Assembly (NCBI GenBank): GCA_042584585.1
Contig: JBHOSQ010000005.1
Coordinates: forward strand, 7,526 to 71,525
Length of the DNA stretch: 64,000 nt
Direction of reading: 5' to 3'
Source of the DNA: an archaeon
GTDB taxonomy: Archaea; B1Sed10-29; WALL01
Shown here one piece after another: positions 17,522 through 27,640 of the stretch. The notes beneath the pieces were generated by a model. It saw only the letters and a program-made list of their open reading frames with translations, ran no database searches and was not told the DNA's origin. The position numbers and the translations under genes were made by a program. Each line of letters opens with the position of its first letter. Position 1 is the first letter of the stretch.

Positions 17522-17893
17522 ATGCCAAAGAAAAAAGACTGGAAAGTAATCGAAAAAGAGCTTGAGGGGATTATTGTCACCACTTCCGACAGCGTTCCCG
17601 GGAGAGAATCGACCAAGTACATGGGATACGTCTGGGGAACTTCGGTGCAGTCAAAATTCTTCGGCCACGACATACTCGCGGTCCTCCGCGGGTTCATGGG
17701 CGGCGAAATCACGCAGTACACATCAATGATTAACGACGCCAAGCATGAGGTCATCCAGCGGATTGTCGCCAACGCGAGGGCGCTCGGCGCCGACGCGGTA
17801 GTTGGCGTTCGCATGGGCTCAGGCCAGGTTTCGCCAGGAATGATTGAGATATTCGCCTACGGCACCGCCGTAAAACTAAAGAAAACGAAGTGA
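17522..17893 (+). CDS. YbjQ/UPF0145 family protein
   Basis: 123 aa with a conserved ...GADAVVGVR... C-terminal pattern. Confidence 0.6.
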   Translation: MPKKKDWKVIEKELEGIIVTTSDSVPGRESTKYMGYVWGTSVQSKFFGHDILAVLRGFMGGEITQYTSMINDAKHEVIQRIVANARALGADAVVGVRMGSGQVSPGMIEIFAYGTAVKLKKTK

Positions 17894-18291
17894 TTGCAAT
17901 GATTAGGTACGCAACTCTTTTGATAAGCGCCGTGCTGATGCTTTTCGCATTGTCCATGATGGACGCGCTAATCATCCCGCTGGCGTCGATTGTGCTCGGA
18001 TTCCTTCTGCTGGGCTACGCGTTCCCGGAACTGCTCGAGAACCTGACACCGTACAGCAAGACCGTATGGCTGCCAGTTGGGTTCGCTGTCTCCGCTTTGA
18101 TCGCGATGTTCTTACTGTTCAAGGAAAACACGCTTGACGTCGTCATGGGCGCGCAGTGGTGTGCCGTTGCGCCGTGTGTCCCCATCGGGCTGGTAGTCCT
18201 GTCGTTCATGGTGGGCTCCTTCGCAAGGTTCGGGACCATGAAGCTCGCCGGCGAAAAGCTTGACTTGTTCGGCGAGAAAATCGAGGACTGA
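17890..18291 (+). CDS. hypothetical membrane protein
   Basis: GTG start in a GTGA overlap; four predicted TM helices. Confidence 0.35.
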   Translation: MIAMIRYATLLISAVLMLFALSMMDALIIPLASIVLGFLLLGYAFPELLENLTPYSKTVWLPVGFAVSALIAMFLLFKENTLDVVMGAQWCAVAPCVPIGLVVLSFMVGSFARFGTMKLAGEKLDLFGEKIED

Positions 18292-18297
18292 CGCTCC

Positions 18298-19554
18298 ATG
18301 ACCTGCTTTAAAGTATACCTCGAGTCCTACGGCTGCGCCCACAACGAAAGCGACGCCAGAATAATCAAGGCCCTTCTGGCAAAAGAGGGGTTGGGAGTGG
18401 CTGCCGCGCCAGACAACGCGGACTACATTTTCATCAACACGTGCGGTGTCAAACTAATAAGCGAACAGCGCATGCTCTCCCGCATCAAAGAGCTCGCCAA
18501 GCATTCCGCCAAGCTCGTGGTCTGCGGCTGCCTCCCCAAAATCAACGAATCCGCAATCAGAAGGACCGCCCCCAACGCGGTTTTGCTGGACACCGACTCA
18601 TTAAGCAAGATCCCCGAACTGCTGAAGAACCCACGGGACTTTTTCTCCGAGGGAAGGGAAAACAAGTTATTGCTCGCGCAGCCAGCGCACGGCATCACGG
18701 CCGTCATCGGCATAGGTGAGGGGTGTACAGGCAAATGCGCTTACTGTGGCGCAAGGCACGCCCGTGGCGCACTCCACAGCTATCCCACGAAAGACGTGGT
18801 TTCGGCTGTTGGGAGTGCGGTAGAAAATGGCGCGAGAGAAGTTTGCCTAACGTCAGAGGACACCGGGTGCTATGGCCTGGACATCGGCTCGTCCCTGCTT
18901 GAGCTGGTCAACGAAATCACCAGCCTGCCGGGGGCATTCCGCGTGCGCATCGGGATGATGAATCCCAACCACGCGAAGCGGTTCCTTCCCAAGCTAATCT
19001 CGGCGTACCAAAGCGACAAGGTCTACAAGTTCGTGCATCTGCCCGTCCAGTCCGGCAGCGACAAAGTCCTATCGGAAATGAACCGCCAGTACACGGTCGC
19101 GGAGTTTGAGGGTATGGTTTCCCAACTGCGGAAAGGCGTTCCTGGAATCTGCATCAGCACCGACGTAATCATTGGCTTTCCCACCGAGACAGCCGAGGAC
19201 TTCGAACAAACTCTCGCGCTGCTCGACCGCGTGAAGCCCGACGTGACAAACGTGTCCCGGTTTGGGGTGCGCCCAGGCACTCCTGCCGCACAGATGAAGC
19301 AGCTCTCAACAGAAGTAATCAAGGAACGGAGCGTCAAGGCATCGAAACTGGCGCGCGAGATGGCGTTGGCGGCAAGCCAAAAGCTCGTCGGGAAAGAATA
19401 CACTGTGATTGCATTGGCACCCGGCAGCAAAGGCGGCGTTGTCGGGAGGACACCCAACTACAAGCAGCTCATCTTCGAGGGCGAGCTGGGCAAAGAATAC
19501 AAGGTAAAGGTCGTGGAAGCCTTCTCCACTTACCTAGCAGCGGAAGCCATTTAA
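18298..19554 (+). CDS. radical SAM methylthiotransferase, MiaB/MtaB family
   Basis: N-terminal MTTase Cys triad (C..C..C), a radical SAM CTGKCAYC motif, and a TRAM-like C-terminus. Confidence 0.8.
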   Translation: MTCFKVYLESYGCAHNESDARIIKALLAKEGLGVAAAPDNADYIFINTCGVKLISEQRMLSRIKELAKHSAKLVVCGCLPKINESAIRRTAPNAVLLDTDSLSKIPELLKNPRDFFSEGRENKLLLAQPAHGITAVIGIGEGCTGKCAYCGARHARGALHSYPTKDVVSAVGSAVENGAREVCLTSEDTGCYGLDIGSSLLELVNEITSLPGAFRVRIGMMNPNHAKRFLPKLISAYQSDKVYKFVHLPVQSGSDKVLSEMNRQYTVAEFEGMVSQLRKGVPGICISTDVIIGFPTETAEDFEQTLALLDRVKPDVTNVSRFGVRPGTPAAQMKQLSTEVIKERSVKASKLAREMALAASQKLVGKEYTVIALAPGSKGGVVGRTPNYKQLIFEGELGKEYKVKVVEAFSTYLAAEAI

Positions 19555-19580
19555 CCGAGTTCGAACATAACCTAGCTCCA

Positions 19581-20789
19581 ATGCTCAACCTAGTCGCGAA
19601 AAAAGAGGGCCTTCCGGTTTCAACAATCAAGAAAAGAGTGAGCGACGGCACCGTTGTCGTCCTCGCGAGCAGCACGCGCAAGAACGCAGTCCCCGTGGGC
19701 GTTGGCAAGGGCCTCCGCACCAAAATCAACGTTAACGTCGGCACGTCTTCCGACATCGCGCGCCCGGCCGACGAGGTCCGCAAAGCAAAAATCGCGGTCA
19801 AGTACGGAGCCGACGCAGTCATGGACTTGAGCACCTGCCTCACGTCAAAGACAAGGAAAAAAATACTCGCGTCTGTCGCCGCGCCGGTCGGCACGGTTCC
19901 AATCTACGAGGCGCTATTCGGAAAAACCATCCACGACCTAACCGAAGACGATTTCCTCAACGCGATTGAGTCACACCTCAACGACGGCGTTGACTTCGTG
20001 ACCATTCACTCTGGCGTCACGCGCAAAGGCGTCGCCAAGACCCGGAAGCGGACCACTGGGATAGTGAGCCGCGGCGGCGCAATCCTGTCGGCGTGGATGG
20101 AGCTGAACAAAAAAGAAAACCCGCTGTACACAAACTTCGACTCAATCCTGGGACTGCTGAAGAAGCACAACGCCACAATCAGCCTTGGCGACGGCCTGCG
20201 GCCAGGCAGCATTGCCGACGCGACCGACGCCGCACAAATCACCGAGCTAAAAACCCTCGGGAAGCTCGTCCTCCGTGCCAGGGACGCAGGCGTCCAGGCA
20301 ATGGTCGAGGGGCCCGGGCACATCCCTGTCCACCAAATAATCAAGAACGTGGAGCTGGAGAAAAAGTATTGCCACGGCGCGCCTTTCTACGTCCTTGGTC
20401 CGCTCGTGACGGACATTGCGCCGGGCTACGACCACATCACCGCAGCAATCGGAGGCGCCATCGCGGGAGCCTACGGCGCAGACTTCTTGTGCGACGTTAC
20501 GCCTTCCGAGCACTTGTGCCTCCCGGACGACGACGACATCAAAGAAGCGACAATAACAGCGAAAATCGCGGCGCACGCGGCGGACGTGGCAAAGGGCATT
20601 GACGCCGACGTCGACAAAAAGATGTCTGAGGCCAGGCATGCCCTGGACTGGGACAAGCAGCTTGGGTATGCAATCGACAAGGAAAAGCCCAAGAGGTACC
20701 TGAAGCGCCGGCCCGCCACCAAGAAAAAGAAGTGCACAATGTGCGGAGAGCTTTGTGCCATGCGGCTTTTCGACGACTACGTGGCGTGA
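19581..20789 (+). CDS. thiC: phosphomethylpyrimidine synthase ThiC
   Basis: ThiC core motifs and a C-terminal CTMCGELCAMR Fe-S cluster motif. Confidence 0.85.
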   Translation: MLNLVAKKEGLPVSTIKKRVSDGTVVVLASSTRKNAVPVGVGKGLRTKINVNVGTSSDIARPADEVRKAKIAVKYGADAVMDLSTCLTSKTRKKILASVAAPVGTVPIYEALFGKTIHDLTEDDFLNAIESHLNDGVDFVTIHSGVTRKGVAKTRKRTTGIVSRGGAILSAWMELNKKENPLYTNFDSILGLLKKHNATISLGDGLRPGSIADATDAAQITELKTLGKLVLRARDAGVQAMVEGPGHIPVHQIIKNVELEKKYCHGAPFYVLGPLVTDIAPGYDHITAAIGGAIAGAYGADFLCDVTPSEHLCLPDDDDIKEATITAKIAAHAADVAKGIDADVDKKMSEARHALDWDKQLGYAIDKEKPKRYLKRRPATKKKKCTMCGELCAMRLFDDYVA

Positions 20790-20828
20790 TTGCAAAAGCT
20801 TAAATAATTCCTACGAGCCAAATATGCC

Positions 20829-21575
20829 ATGCGGTTGCTTACTGACTCCCTAGAGGCCTATGTTGAGTCATTGTCCCTCATCTCGGTTTTTGGGTTTTTG
20901 GTGTTCGCAGTCATGCTCTTGCTTCTCGGGATGTTCACCTACGTAGTCGTGGGCGCGGGGTTCGTCCGGTACGCTGACGTTCTCGCGGGCGCAATCCCCA
21001 TCGCGGACGCACTCATCCTAATCATCGTTGGAATCGTCAGCCTGTTCTCGGTTTCGTTCCTATCCACGGCGGTAACTCTCATTGTGAAGCTGCGCCGCTC
21101 GATGGACGACCTCCACTTCACAAAGCTCTTGGTAAAGTTCCCGAGGTACGTGCTCCGCCTCATGATCGCGTGGGGCATAATCGGTGTGGTCACGTTCTTA
21201 ATCGGCCTTGTGTTCAACGCAGTCGGCCTGCCCCCGTTCACGACGGCGCTCGCCATGCTCGTGCTGTGGGCGCCATTCATCTTCCTGCCGCAGTCCATGA
21301 TCCTGCACGACAAGGAGTTCGTGGACGCGCTGAAGGACTGCGTGAAATACTGCCTAAGAAAGCCGCTTGGAGTCGTGGTGTATTACATCCTAACCACCTT
21401 CCTGCTGGCGTTCCTGCTCGTGATTGACGTCGGCCTCGGCCAGACCGGAATCTTTTGGCTGCCGGTGCTCGTCGACACGCTGCTCCTGTTCCTGTTTGTA
21501 ATCCCGTACCTTGAGGTCCTGAAGGCCAACCTCTACCTCACACAGTACCGGCTTTTGTTGAGTGGATTAAAATGA
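20829..21575 (+). CDS. hypothetical polytopic membrane protein
   Basis: Six or more predicted TM helices; no recognisable family. Confidence 0.35.
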   Translation: MRLLTDSLEAYVESLSLISVFGFLVFAVMLLLLGMFTYVVVGAGFVRYADVLAGAIPIADALILIIVGIVSLFSVSFLSTAVTLIVKLRRSMDDLHFTKLLVKFPRYVLRLMIAWGIIGVVTFLIGLVFNAVGLPPFTTALAMLVLWAPFIFLPQSMILHDKEFVDALKDCVKYCLRKPLGVVVYYILTTFLLAFLLVIDVGLGQTGIFWLPVLVDTLLLFLFVIPYLEVLKANLYLTQYRLLLSGLK

Positions 21576-23158
21576 AGTTTATTGTTGTTACCGGCGGAGT
21601 GCTGAGCGGATTGGGGAAGGGCATCGTCACCAGCTCAATCGGCAAGATATTGGAGTCACGTGGCTACAAAGTCATGCCAGTCAAGTTTGACGGCTACCTG
21701 AACGTCGACGCTGGCACCATGAACCCATACCGCCACGGCGAAGTCTTTGTCCTCGACGACGGCACCGAGTGCGACATGGACCTCGGGAACTACGAGCGAT
21801 TCCTCAACATCACAGCGGTCCGCGCCAACAACCCGACGGGCGGAAAAATATTCGAGAAAGTCCTTGCCAAGGAGCGCAAGGGCGAATACTTGGGCGTGGA
21901 CGTCCAGTTCATCCCCCACGTCACAGGCGAAATCAAGGACTGGGTGCGCGGCGTCGGCAAGGACACGGGCGCCGACGTAATCGTCATCGAGGTCGGCGGC
22001 ACGGTCGGCGACATCGAAAACTCGTATTTCATTGAAGCAATGCGTGAACTCCACCAGGAAGAAGGGCACGAAAACGTCGTGTTCTGCCACGTCACCCTCG
22101 TGCCCAAGCTGAAGGTAGTCGGCGAGCAGAAGACCAAGCCCACACAGCAAAGCATAAAACAATTGTTGGGAATGGGTGTGCAGCCCGACTTCGTGCTGTG
22201 CAGGTGCGACGAGCCACTCGACGACAGCCCACGCGAAAAAATCGCGCTGTTCGGGAACGTTAAACCCGAAAACGTCATTTCGGACCACGACTGCGACACA
22301 ATCTACGAAGTGCCGTTCGTCCTCGAGAGTGATGACTTGGGCGACAAGCTGCTGAAGCGCCTGGAGATGGAGGTCAGGCCACCGTCGCTTTTGGACTGGC
22401 GCGCCATGGTCGACAACATCAAAAACCCGGAGAAAGAAATCACGGTCGCAATCACCGGAAAGTACACTGCGCTCAAGGACTCGTACGTCTCGATAATGGA
22501 GGCGCTCACCCACGCGGGCGCGCACCACCACACCAAAATAAACCTGGTATGGGTCGAGACCACCAACATCGAGGACAAAAAGATAACCGTTGAAAAAGCA
22601 CTGGAGGGAGTGGACGGAATCATCGTGCCCGGTGGCTTCGGGAGCAGGGGCACGGAAGGAAAAATCGCGTGCGTCAAGTACTGCCGCGAGAACAACATTC
22701 CTTACCTTGGCTTGTGCTACGGATTCCAAATGGCGGTCATTGACGCGGCGAGGAACATGTGCGGCCTCGAGGGCGCGAACTCGACAGAGGCAGACCCCAA
22801 GAGCCCCCACCCCGTAATCACAATCCTCCCGGACTCCGCCGGAGACCTCGGCGGGACCATGCGGCTCGGCGCGTACGAGGCGCTTCTGAAGAAGGGCTCG
22901 CGTGTCGCCGAACTGTACGGCAAGACAAAAGTAAGCGAGCGCCACCGCCACCGCTATGAAGTCAACCCGGACTACATCGAAAAAATCGAGGCGGGCGGGC
23001 TCGTGTTTTCCGGCCGTTCCGAGGACGGGCGGCTCATGGAGTTCCTTGAGCTTCCGGACCACAAGTTCTTCATTGGGACACAGGCGCACCCCGAGTTCAA
23101 GACGCACCTCGAGGAGCCGGCGCCGCTGTTCTATGGATTCGTCGGTGCCTGTTTATGA
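21572..23158 (+). CDS. pyrG: CTP synthase
   Basis: MKFIVVTGGVLSGLGKGI... N-terminus and a C-terminal glutamine amidotransferase domain (GLCYGFQ). Confidence 0.95.
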   Translation: MKFIVVTGGVLSGLGKGIVTSSIGKILESRGYKVMPVKFDGYLNVDAGTMNPYRHGEVFVLDDGTECDMDLGNYERFLNITAVRANNPTGGKIFEKVLAKERKGEYLGVDVQFIPHVTGEIKDWVRGVGKDTGADVIVIEVGGTVGDIENSYFIEAMRELHQEEGHENVVFCHVTLVPKLKVVGEQKTKPTQQSIKQLLGMGVQPDFVLCRCDEPLDDSPREKIALFGNVKPENVISDHDCDTIYEVPFVLESDDLGDKLLKRLEMEVRPPSLLDWRAMVDNIKNPEKEITVAITGKYTALKDSYVSIMEALTHAGAHHHTKINLVWVETTNIEDKKITVEKALEGVDGIIVPGGFGSRGTEGKIACVKYCRENNIPYLGLCYGFQMAVIDAARNMCGLEGANSTEADPKSPHPVITILPDSAGDLGGTMRLGAYEALLKKGSRVAELYGKTKVSERHRHRYEVNPDYIEKIEAGGLVFSGRSEDGRLMEFLELPDHKFFIGTQAHPEFKTHLEEPAPLFYGFVGACL

Positions 23159-25191
23159 GAATCATCGTGGCAGAAAAAGCGATTGCGGCGAAGCGTATCG
23201 CCGAAATACTTGGGTCGAAGGCACCCAAGCCAATCCGCGAGGGAAGGACCACGGTCTACGACATCGGGAACGACACAGTTGTAATCGCGATGAGTGGCCA
23301 CGTGCTGAACGTGGACTATCCCAAGGCCTACAACAACTGGCGCGCGGTGAACCTGCGCCAGCTCGTGAACGCGCCGCTGCGTTACGAGGCGTCCATGCCG
23401 TCCATCGTGACTGCACTGAAAAAGTACGGCAAAAACGCTGACCTAATCACGATTGCCACGGACTACGACACAGAGGGCGAGTCCATCGGCCGCGAGGCAT
23501 TGACGATAATCAACAAGAAAACAATCAAGGTCAACCGCGCCCACTTTTCTGCCATCACTCCTGAAGAGGTCCGCCACGCGTTTGACAATCTTGTCCCGCT
23601 CGACTACAACTTGGCGGACTCTGCGGACTGCCGCAGGGAAGTCGACTTGATTTGGGGCGCTGTACTGACGCGCTACGTTTCATTGGCCGCCGCGCGCCTG
23701 GGCAAAGACTTCTTGTCCGTGGGCCGGGTGCAGACCCCGACCCTCGCATTAATCGTTGACCGCGAGAAAGAGCGCCGCGCCTTCAAGGCAACGCCTTACT
23801 GGGAAATGCTGGCGGTCTTCAACAAGGGCAAGGACTTCGAGGCGTCGCATTCCACTGGCCGCTTCACTGCCGAGCCCAAGGAGCTTTTCGAGCGCCTCAA
23901 AAAAGAAAAAGAGGGCACGGTCAAGGACGTCAGCAAGAAAAAGAAGAACTTGTTCCCGCCAACGCCGTTCAACACGACGGAATTCCTTCGTTCCGCCAGC
24001 TCAATAGGCGTCGACCCGTCGAGGGCAATGGTTATCGCCGAGTCGCTTTACACGTCCGGGTTCATCAGCTATCCCCGAACCGACAACACTGTTTTCCCGG
24101 AGTCAATCCAGCTCAAGAAAATCACCGAATCGTTTCTGGGTGGAGAGTTCGACAAGGACGCGAAGCTCGTGCTTGCCCAAAAGAAGCTTGTCCCAACGAA
24201 AGGCAAGAAAAAGACGACCGACCACCCGCCTATCCACCCGGTGGCTCCCGCTTCAAGCAAAGTGCTTCCCTCGGACCAGTGGAAGGTCTACGAATTAATC
24301 GTCCGCAGGTTCTTTTCGACGATGCTCCCGAAATGCGAGCTGGACACCGTGCGCGCTCTCATTGAAGTTACGGGCGAGGACTTCGTGGCGAACGGCCAGA
24401 CCATCCGCTCGCCCGGCTGGAAAGCAGTTTACACTTATTCCAAGACGAAGGAAGTCGAGCTCCCGCCTTTGGCGAAGGGTGACGTGGTGAAGCTGAAGGA
24501 CTTGAGTTTGCTTGCAAAGGAGACCCAGCCACCGAAGCTTTACACTCCGTCCGCGCTCATCAAGGCGCTGGAGGACAAAAACCTCGGCACCAAGTCGACG
24601 AGGCCCGAGATAATCCGCAAGCTCGTGAGCAGGAACTATATCCGTGGCACCAAGAACTACGAGCCGACTGAAGTCGCGTTCGCAGTAATCAGTGTCCTTG
24701 AGAAAGTGGCCTCGGACATCACGAGCCCGAAAATGACTTCTAAGCTGGAAAAAGAGATGGAACTCATCGGTGCTGGCGAGAAAAAGAAGCCTGATGTGGT
24801 TGATGCCTCGCGGAAGATGCTTGACACCATCATGGATGAGCTGACGCGCGGCCACGACGAAATCAGCAAGTCGCTGCGTGGCGCGGTCGCGGACGTGAAC
24901 ACAGTTGGAAAGTGTGAGTGCAGTGGTGACTTGCGCATCATTACTTCCCGGGCGTCCGGAAAGCGCTTTGTGGGGTGCTCGCGATACAGCGAGGGATGCC
25001 GTGTGTCGTACCCGTTGCCGCAAAAAGGAAAAGTGATTCCATTGGGCACGGTGTGCGAGCCGTGTGGCACTCCGAGGATAAAGGTCTTGAACGGGCGCCG
25101 CAGTTACGAGATGTGCATCGACATGAACTGCGAGACCAAGAAGGACTGGGGAAAGAAAAAAGAAAAGAAGAAAGAAACGAAGGCTAAATGA
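23155..25191 (+). CDS. topA: DNA topoisomerase, type IA (TopA/Topo III-like)
   Basis: Toprim N-terminus (MRIIVAEK...), the catalytic SYPRTD motif (FISYPRTD), and C-terminal Cys4 zinc ribbons. Confidence 0.85.
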   Translation: MRIIVAEKAIAAKRIAEILGSKAPKPIREGRTTVYDIGNDTVVIAMSGHVLNVDYPKAYNNWRAVNLRQLVNAPLRYEASMPSIVTALKKYGKNADLITIATDYDTEGESIGREALTIINKKTIKVNRAHFSAITPEEVRHAFDNLVPLDYNLADSADCRREVDLIWGAVLTRYVSLAAARLGKDFLSVGRVQTPTLALIVDREKERRAFKATPYWEMLAVFNKGKDFEASHSTGRFTAEPKELFERLKKEKEGTVKDVSKKKKNLFPPTPFNTTEFLRSASSIGVDPSRAMVIAESLYTSGFISYPRTDNTVFPESIQLKKITESFLGGEFDKDAKLVLAQKKLVPTKGKKKTTDHPPIHPVAPASSKVLPSDQWKVYELIVRRFFSTMLPKCELDTVRALIEVTGEDFVANGQTIRSPGWKAVYTYSKTKEVELPPLAKGDVVKLKDLSLLAKETQPPKLYTPSALIKALEDKNLGTKSTRPEIIRKLVSRNYIRGTKNYEPTEVAFAVISVLEKVASDITSPKMTSKLEKEMELIGAGEKKKPDVVDASRKMLDTIMDELTRGHDEISKSLRGAVADVNTVGKCECSGDLRIITSRASGKRFVGCSRYSEGCRVSYPLPQKGKVIPLGTVCEPCGTPRIKVLNGRRSYEMCIDMNCETKKDWGKKKEKKKETKAK

Positions 25192-25660
25192 CTTTTATTT
25201 TGTGCGTTTCTTTTAGCGTTTTGAATCCAACCATTCCGAGCCCACGGCCGTTTCCTTCGCCAAGGGCTTTCGCGACTTTTTTTATTACATGTGTGTACTC
25301 GTCTCGGTCCTTCACGCGGAACTTTATCAAGTAGTCCCATTCGCCAGAGATGAAGAACACTTCGAGCACTTCAGGAATTGCAGCCAGCAGTTTGGGGATG
25401 TCCTCGACAAGATCCAGGTCTTTTCTGAGTGGCACACGGCCAAGGGTAAACGCCACAAACCCTCTGCCTGTTTTCTCTGGGTCAACGGTTGCGCTAAGCC
25501 CAGTAACATATCCTTCACGCACGAGCTTGTCTATCTTTGTCTTCACTGTTGAAGTCGGCAGCCCAAGCTTGTGCGCCAACATTGTGACCCTTGGGACACA
25601 TGCATCGTCTTTCTGCAGCAGGTTCAAAAGCTTCTTGTCCTCTGCTTTAAGCGCCTTCAT
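25184..25660 (-). CDS. Lrp/AsnC family transcriptional regulator
   Basis: HTH N-terminus and a RAM/AsnC C-terminal domain; 158 aa. Confidence 0.85.
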   Translation of the reverse strand: MKALKAEDKKLLNLLQKDDACVPRVTMLAHKLGLPTSTVKTKIDKLVREGYVTGLSATVDPEKTGRGFVAFTLGRVPLRKDLDLVEDIPKLLAAIPEVLEVFFISGEWDYLIKFRVKDRDEYTHVIKKVAKALGEGNGRGLGMVGFKTLKETHKIKVI

Positions 25661-25755
25661 TACGTATGGTATGCGGTTTTTTGCATATAAACCCGTATGT
25701 TTTACGTATATGGTTCGGGAATCTTCTTTTAAAACCCTTGCAATAACTATTCAGG
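25661..25755. promoter_or_regulatory. back-to-back promoters of lrp and the ThrRS-ED-like operon, with repeated (T)ACGTAT half-sites
   Basis: TTTATATG (lrp) and TTTTAAAA (plus-strand operon) boxes sit ~26 nt from their starts. TACGTATGG / CCGTATG / TTACGTATATGG repeats flank the lrp TATA. Confidence 0.35.
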
Positions 25756-26196
25756 ATGCGGGGCGTTATACTTGGCTGCAGAAAGTTCAAGTACACAGAT
25801 ACCCGCAAGTCCACTTGGCCGAAAGGGATTTTTCCCACTGCGTTTGGAAGCGGCGAGTTCCGTGATGCCATTGTGGTCTTGTCCTGCATAGAGAAAGGGG
25901 ATAACATGGAGTACATTGAGTCTGCGGTGCAAAGGGTAGTGGAGCTGAACAATGCGTTCCACCGAAAGAAGAAAGTGGTAATCCTGCCTTTCGCGCACTT
26001 GTCGAACAAACTGGAGCACCCGCGCAAGGCTCTTCCGTTGTTGGTCCATTTCCAGGAGCGCCTTCAGGAAGAAGGGTTTTCGGTTGGCTCGGCGAGTTTC
26101 GGCACGGACAAGGACGCGTTGTTCGACATTCTTGGTCACCGCGCGAGTGTTTCGTACTTTGAATTTCCTTACAATGGAAAGCAGGAAGTGGAATGA
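25756..26196 (+). CDS. free-standing threonyl-tRNA synthetase editing-domain-like (DTD2/ThrRS-ED fold) protein
   Basis: Motifs ...ILPFAHLSNKLEHP... and GFSVGSASFG resemble the archaeal ThrRS N-terminal editing domain. Only 146 aa, with no synthetase core. Confidence 0.4.
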   Translation: MRGVILGCRKFKYTDTRKSTWPKGIFPTAFGSGEFRDAIVVLSCIEKGDNMEYIESAVQRVVELNNAFHRKKKVVILPFAHLSNKLEHPRKALPLLVHFQERLQEEGFSVGSASFGTDKDALFDILGHRASVSYFEFPYNGKQEVE

Positions 26197-27203
26197 TGGA
26201 CGCACCCGTCTTGAAAGGATACATGTTCAGCAAGGAAGACATAGACCTGGCAGTGAGGGAGCAACACTTGTTGATGCTCCTCCTCGCATTCAATACCGAA
26301 TGTAATCTGGCGTGTCCTTTTTGTTTTACATCCCAAGGAAAAAAGAGTGCTGTTGAGCTAGCGGGTAAGGGCATTGGAGCTCAGCTTGTAGACCTTGCTC
26401 TTTTGAAGCAGTTGATTGACCAGGGGGGCGAACTGGGTGTTAAGTCGGTTTGCATTTGGGGCGAGGGCGAGCCGATGCTTGACAAGAAAACCGTGTTCGA
26501 GCTCGTCGACTACGCCAACAGTAAGGGCATGACACCAGTGGTTTTCACGAACGGAACCTTTGTCGACGAACATACTGCAAAGCAACTCTTTGAAAAGAAT
26601 GTGTCTGTCGTCGGCAAGCTTTACAGCTTTGACCCGGCAGTGAACGAGGAGCTTACGGGCGGCAAGAGGCGTTACAGCTACGTCGAATTCGCTGGCAGAA
26701 AAGTACCGTCCCATATAATGGCTTTGCTGGAGGCCGGCTTCGCAGGTACTAATCGTTTCGCGCTCCACACCGTGGTGACCACAAAAAACATTGGTGAACT
26801 CTCTACAGTGTGGAGGTGGGAACGGGAGCAAGGCATAATCCCGTTCATGGACTTCTTGTACATGCCTAACCCTAGCCTGGACCTGGGAGTCGAAGAGCGG
26901 GTGAAGCTACAGAAACAAATCTGGGAACTTGACAAGGGGTTGGGCTTTGACTATGGCCTCACCATAGGGCCCGCACTTGGCCCAAGGAAGTGTGACACGC
27001 GGGCATCCCTCTTTGTTGGCGCGCATGGGATAGCGCGCGTCTGTGGAGCAACTTACAGGTTTCTGGGCGACACGCGGACCACGCCACTAAAGCAGATAAT
27101 CCAACGGAAGCAGGAGGTTGACGCGGGTCTTTGCAGGGGGACAGAAAAAGGCTGCGTCTTCTGTGACTGCTACTTATATAATCAAGAGAAGGTGAAAAAA
27201 TGA
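26193..27203 (+). CDS. radical SAM protein with C-terminal Cys-rich (SPASM/twitch-like) region
   Basis: CNLACPFC (CxxxCxxC) motif, a GEGEP SAM-binding motif, and C-terminal Cys clusters (C-x16-C ... CRGTEKGCVFCDC). Confidence 0.7.
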   Translation: MMDAPVLKGYMFSKEDIDLAVREQHLLMLLLAFNTECNLACPFCFTSQGKKSAVELAGKGIGAQLVDLALLKQLIDQGGELGVKSVCIWGEGEPMLDKKTVFELVDYANSKGMTPVVFTNGTFVDEHTAKQLFEKNVSVVGKLYSFDPAVNEELTGGKRRYSYVEFAGRKVPSHIMALLEAGFAGTNRFALHTVVTTKNIGELSTVWRWEREQGIIPFMDFLYMPNPSLDLGVEERVKLQKQIWELDKGLGFDYGLTIGPALGPRKCDTRASLFVGAHGIARVCGATYRFLGDTRTTPLKQIIQRKQEVDAGLCRGTEKGCVFCDCYLYNQEKVKK

Positions 27204-27598
27204 AAATTCCTGAAGAAGCAAAAAAACTTTTTGATGCCCAGGACATTGTGGCGTTCGGCACTGCCGACGCGAATGGCGTGCCCAACGTGTGCGCTGTGTT
27301 CTGGAAGACCGTAACTGCTGAGGACACTATCCTGATATTGGACAATTTTTTCAAGCAGACGAAGCAAAACCTCGCGGAAAACAGTGAAGTATGTATCTCT
27401 TTTTGGGACACTTCAACAGAAGAGGGGTACAAACTCAAAGGCACTGCAACTTACCACACTAAAGGCCAGGTGTTCGAGCAAGGACAGGCGTGGATGCAGT
27501 CCAAAAAGCCCGGGCGCGTTCCACGGGGTGTTGTCGAAGTAAAAGTCAACCAGGTCTTTGTCATCACTCCGGGCGAACACGCAGGCGAGCTGTTATAA
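27200..27598 (+). CDS. pyridoxamine 5'-phosphate oxidase-like FMN-binding split-barrel protein
   Basis: 132 aa with a PNPOx-like pattern; ATGA overlap with the upstream gene. Confidence 0.55.
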   Translation: MKIPEEAKKLFDAQDIVAFGTADANGVPNVCAVFWKTVTAEDTILILDNFFKQTKQNLAENSEVCISFWDTSTEEGYKLKGTATYHTKGQVFEQGQAWMQSKKPGRVPRGVVEVKVNQVFVITPGEHAGELL

Positions 27599-27640
27599 CT
27601 TTTTATACTGCCCCGCGAATAACTCCGTTGATGGAAATCG

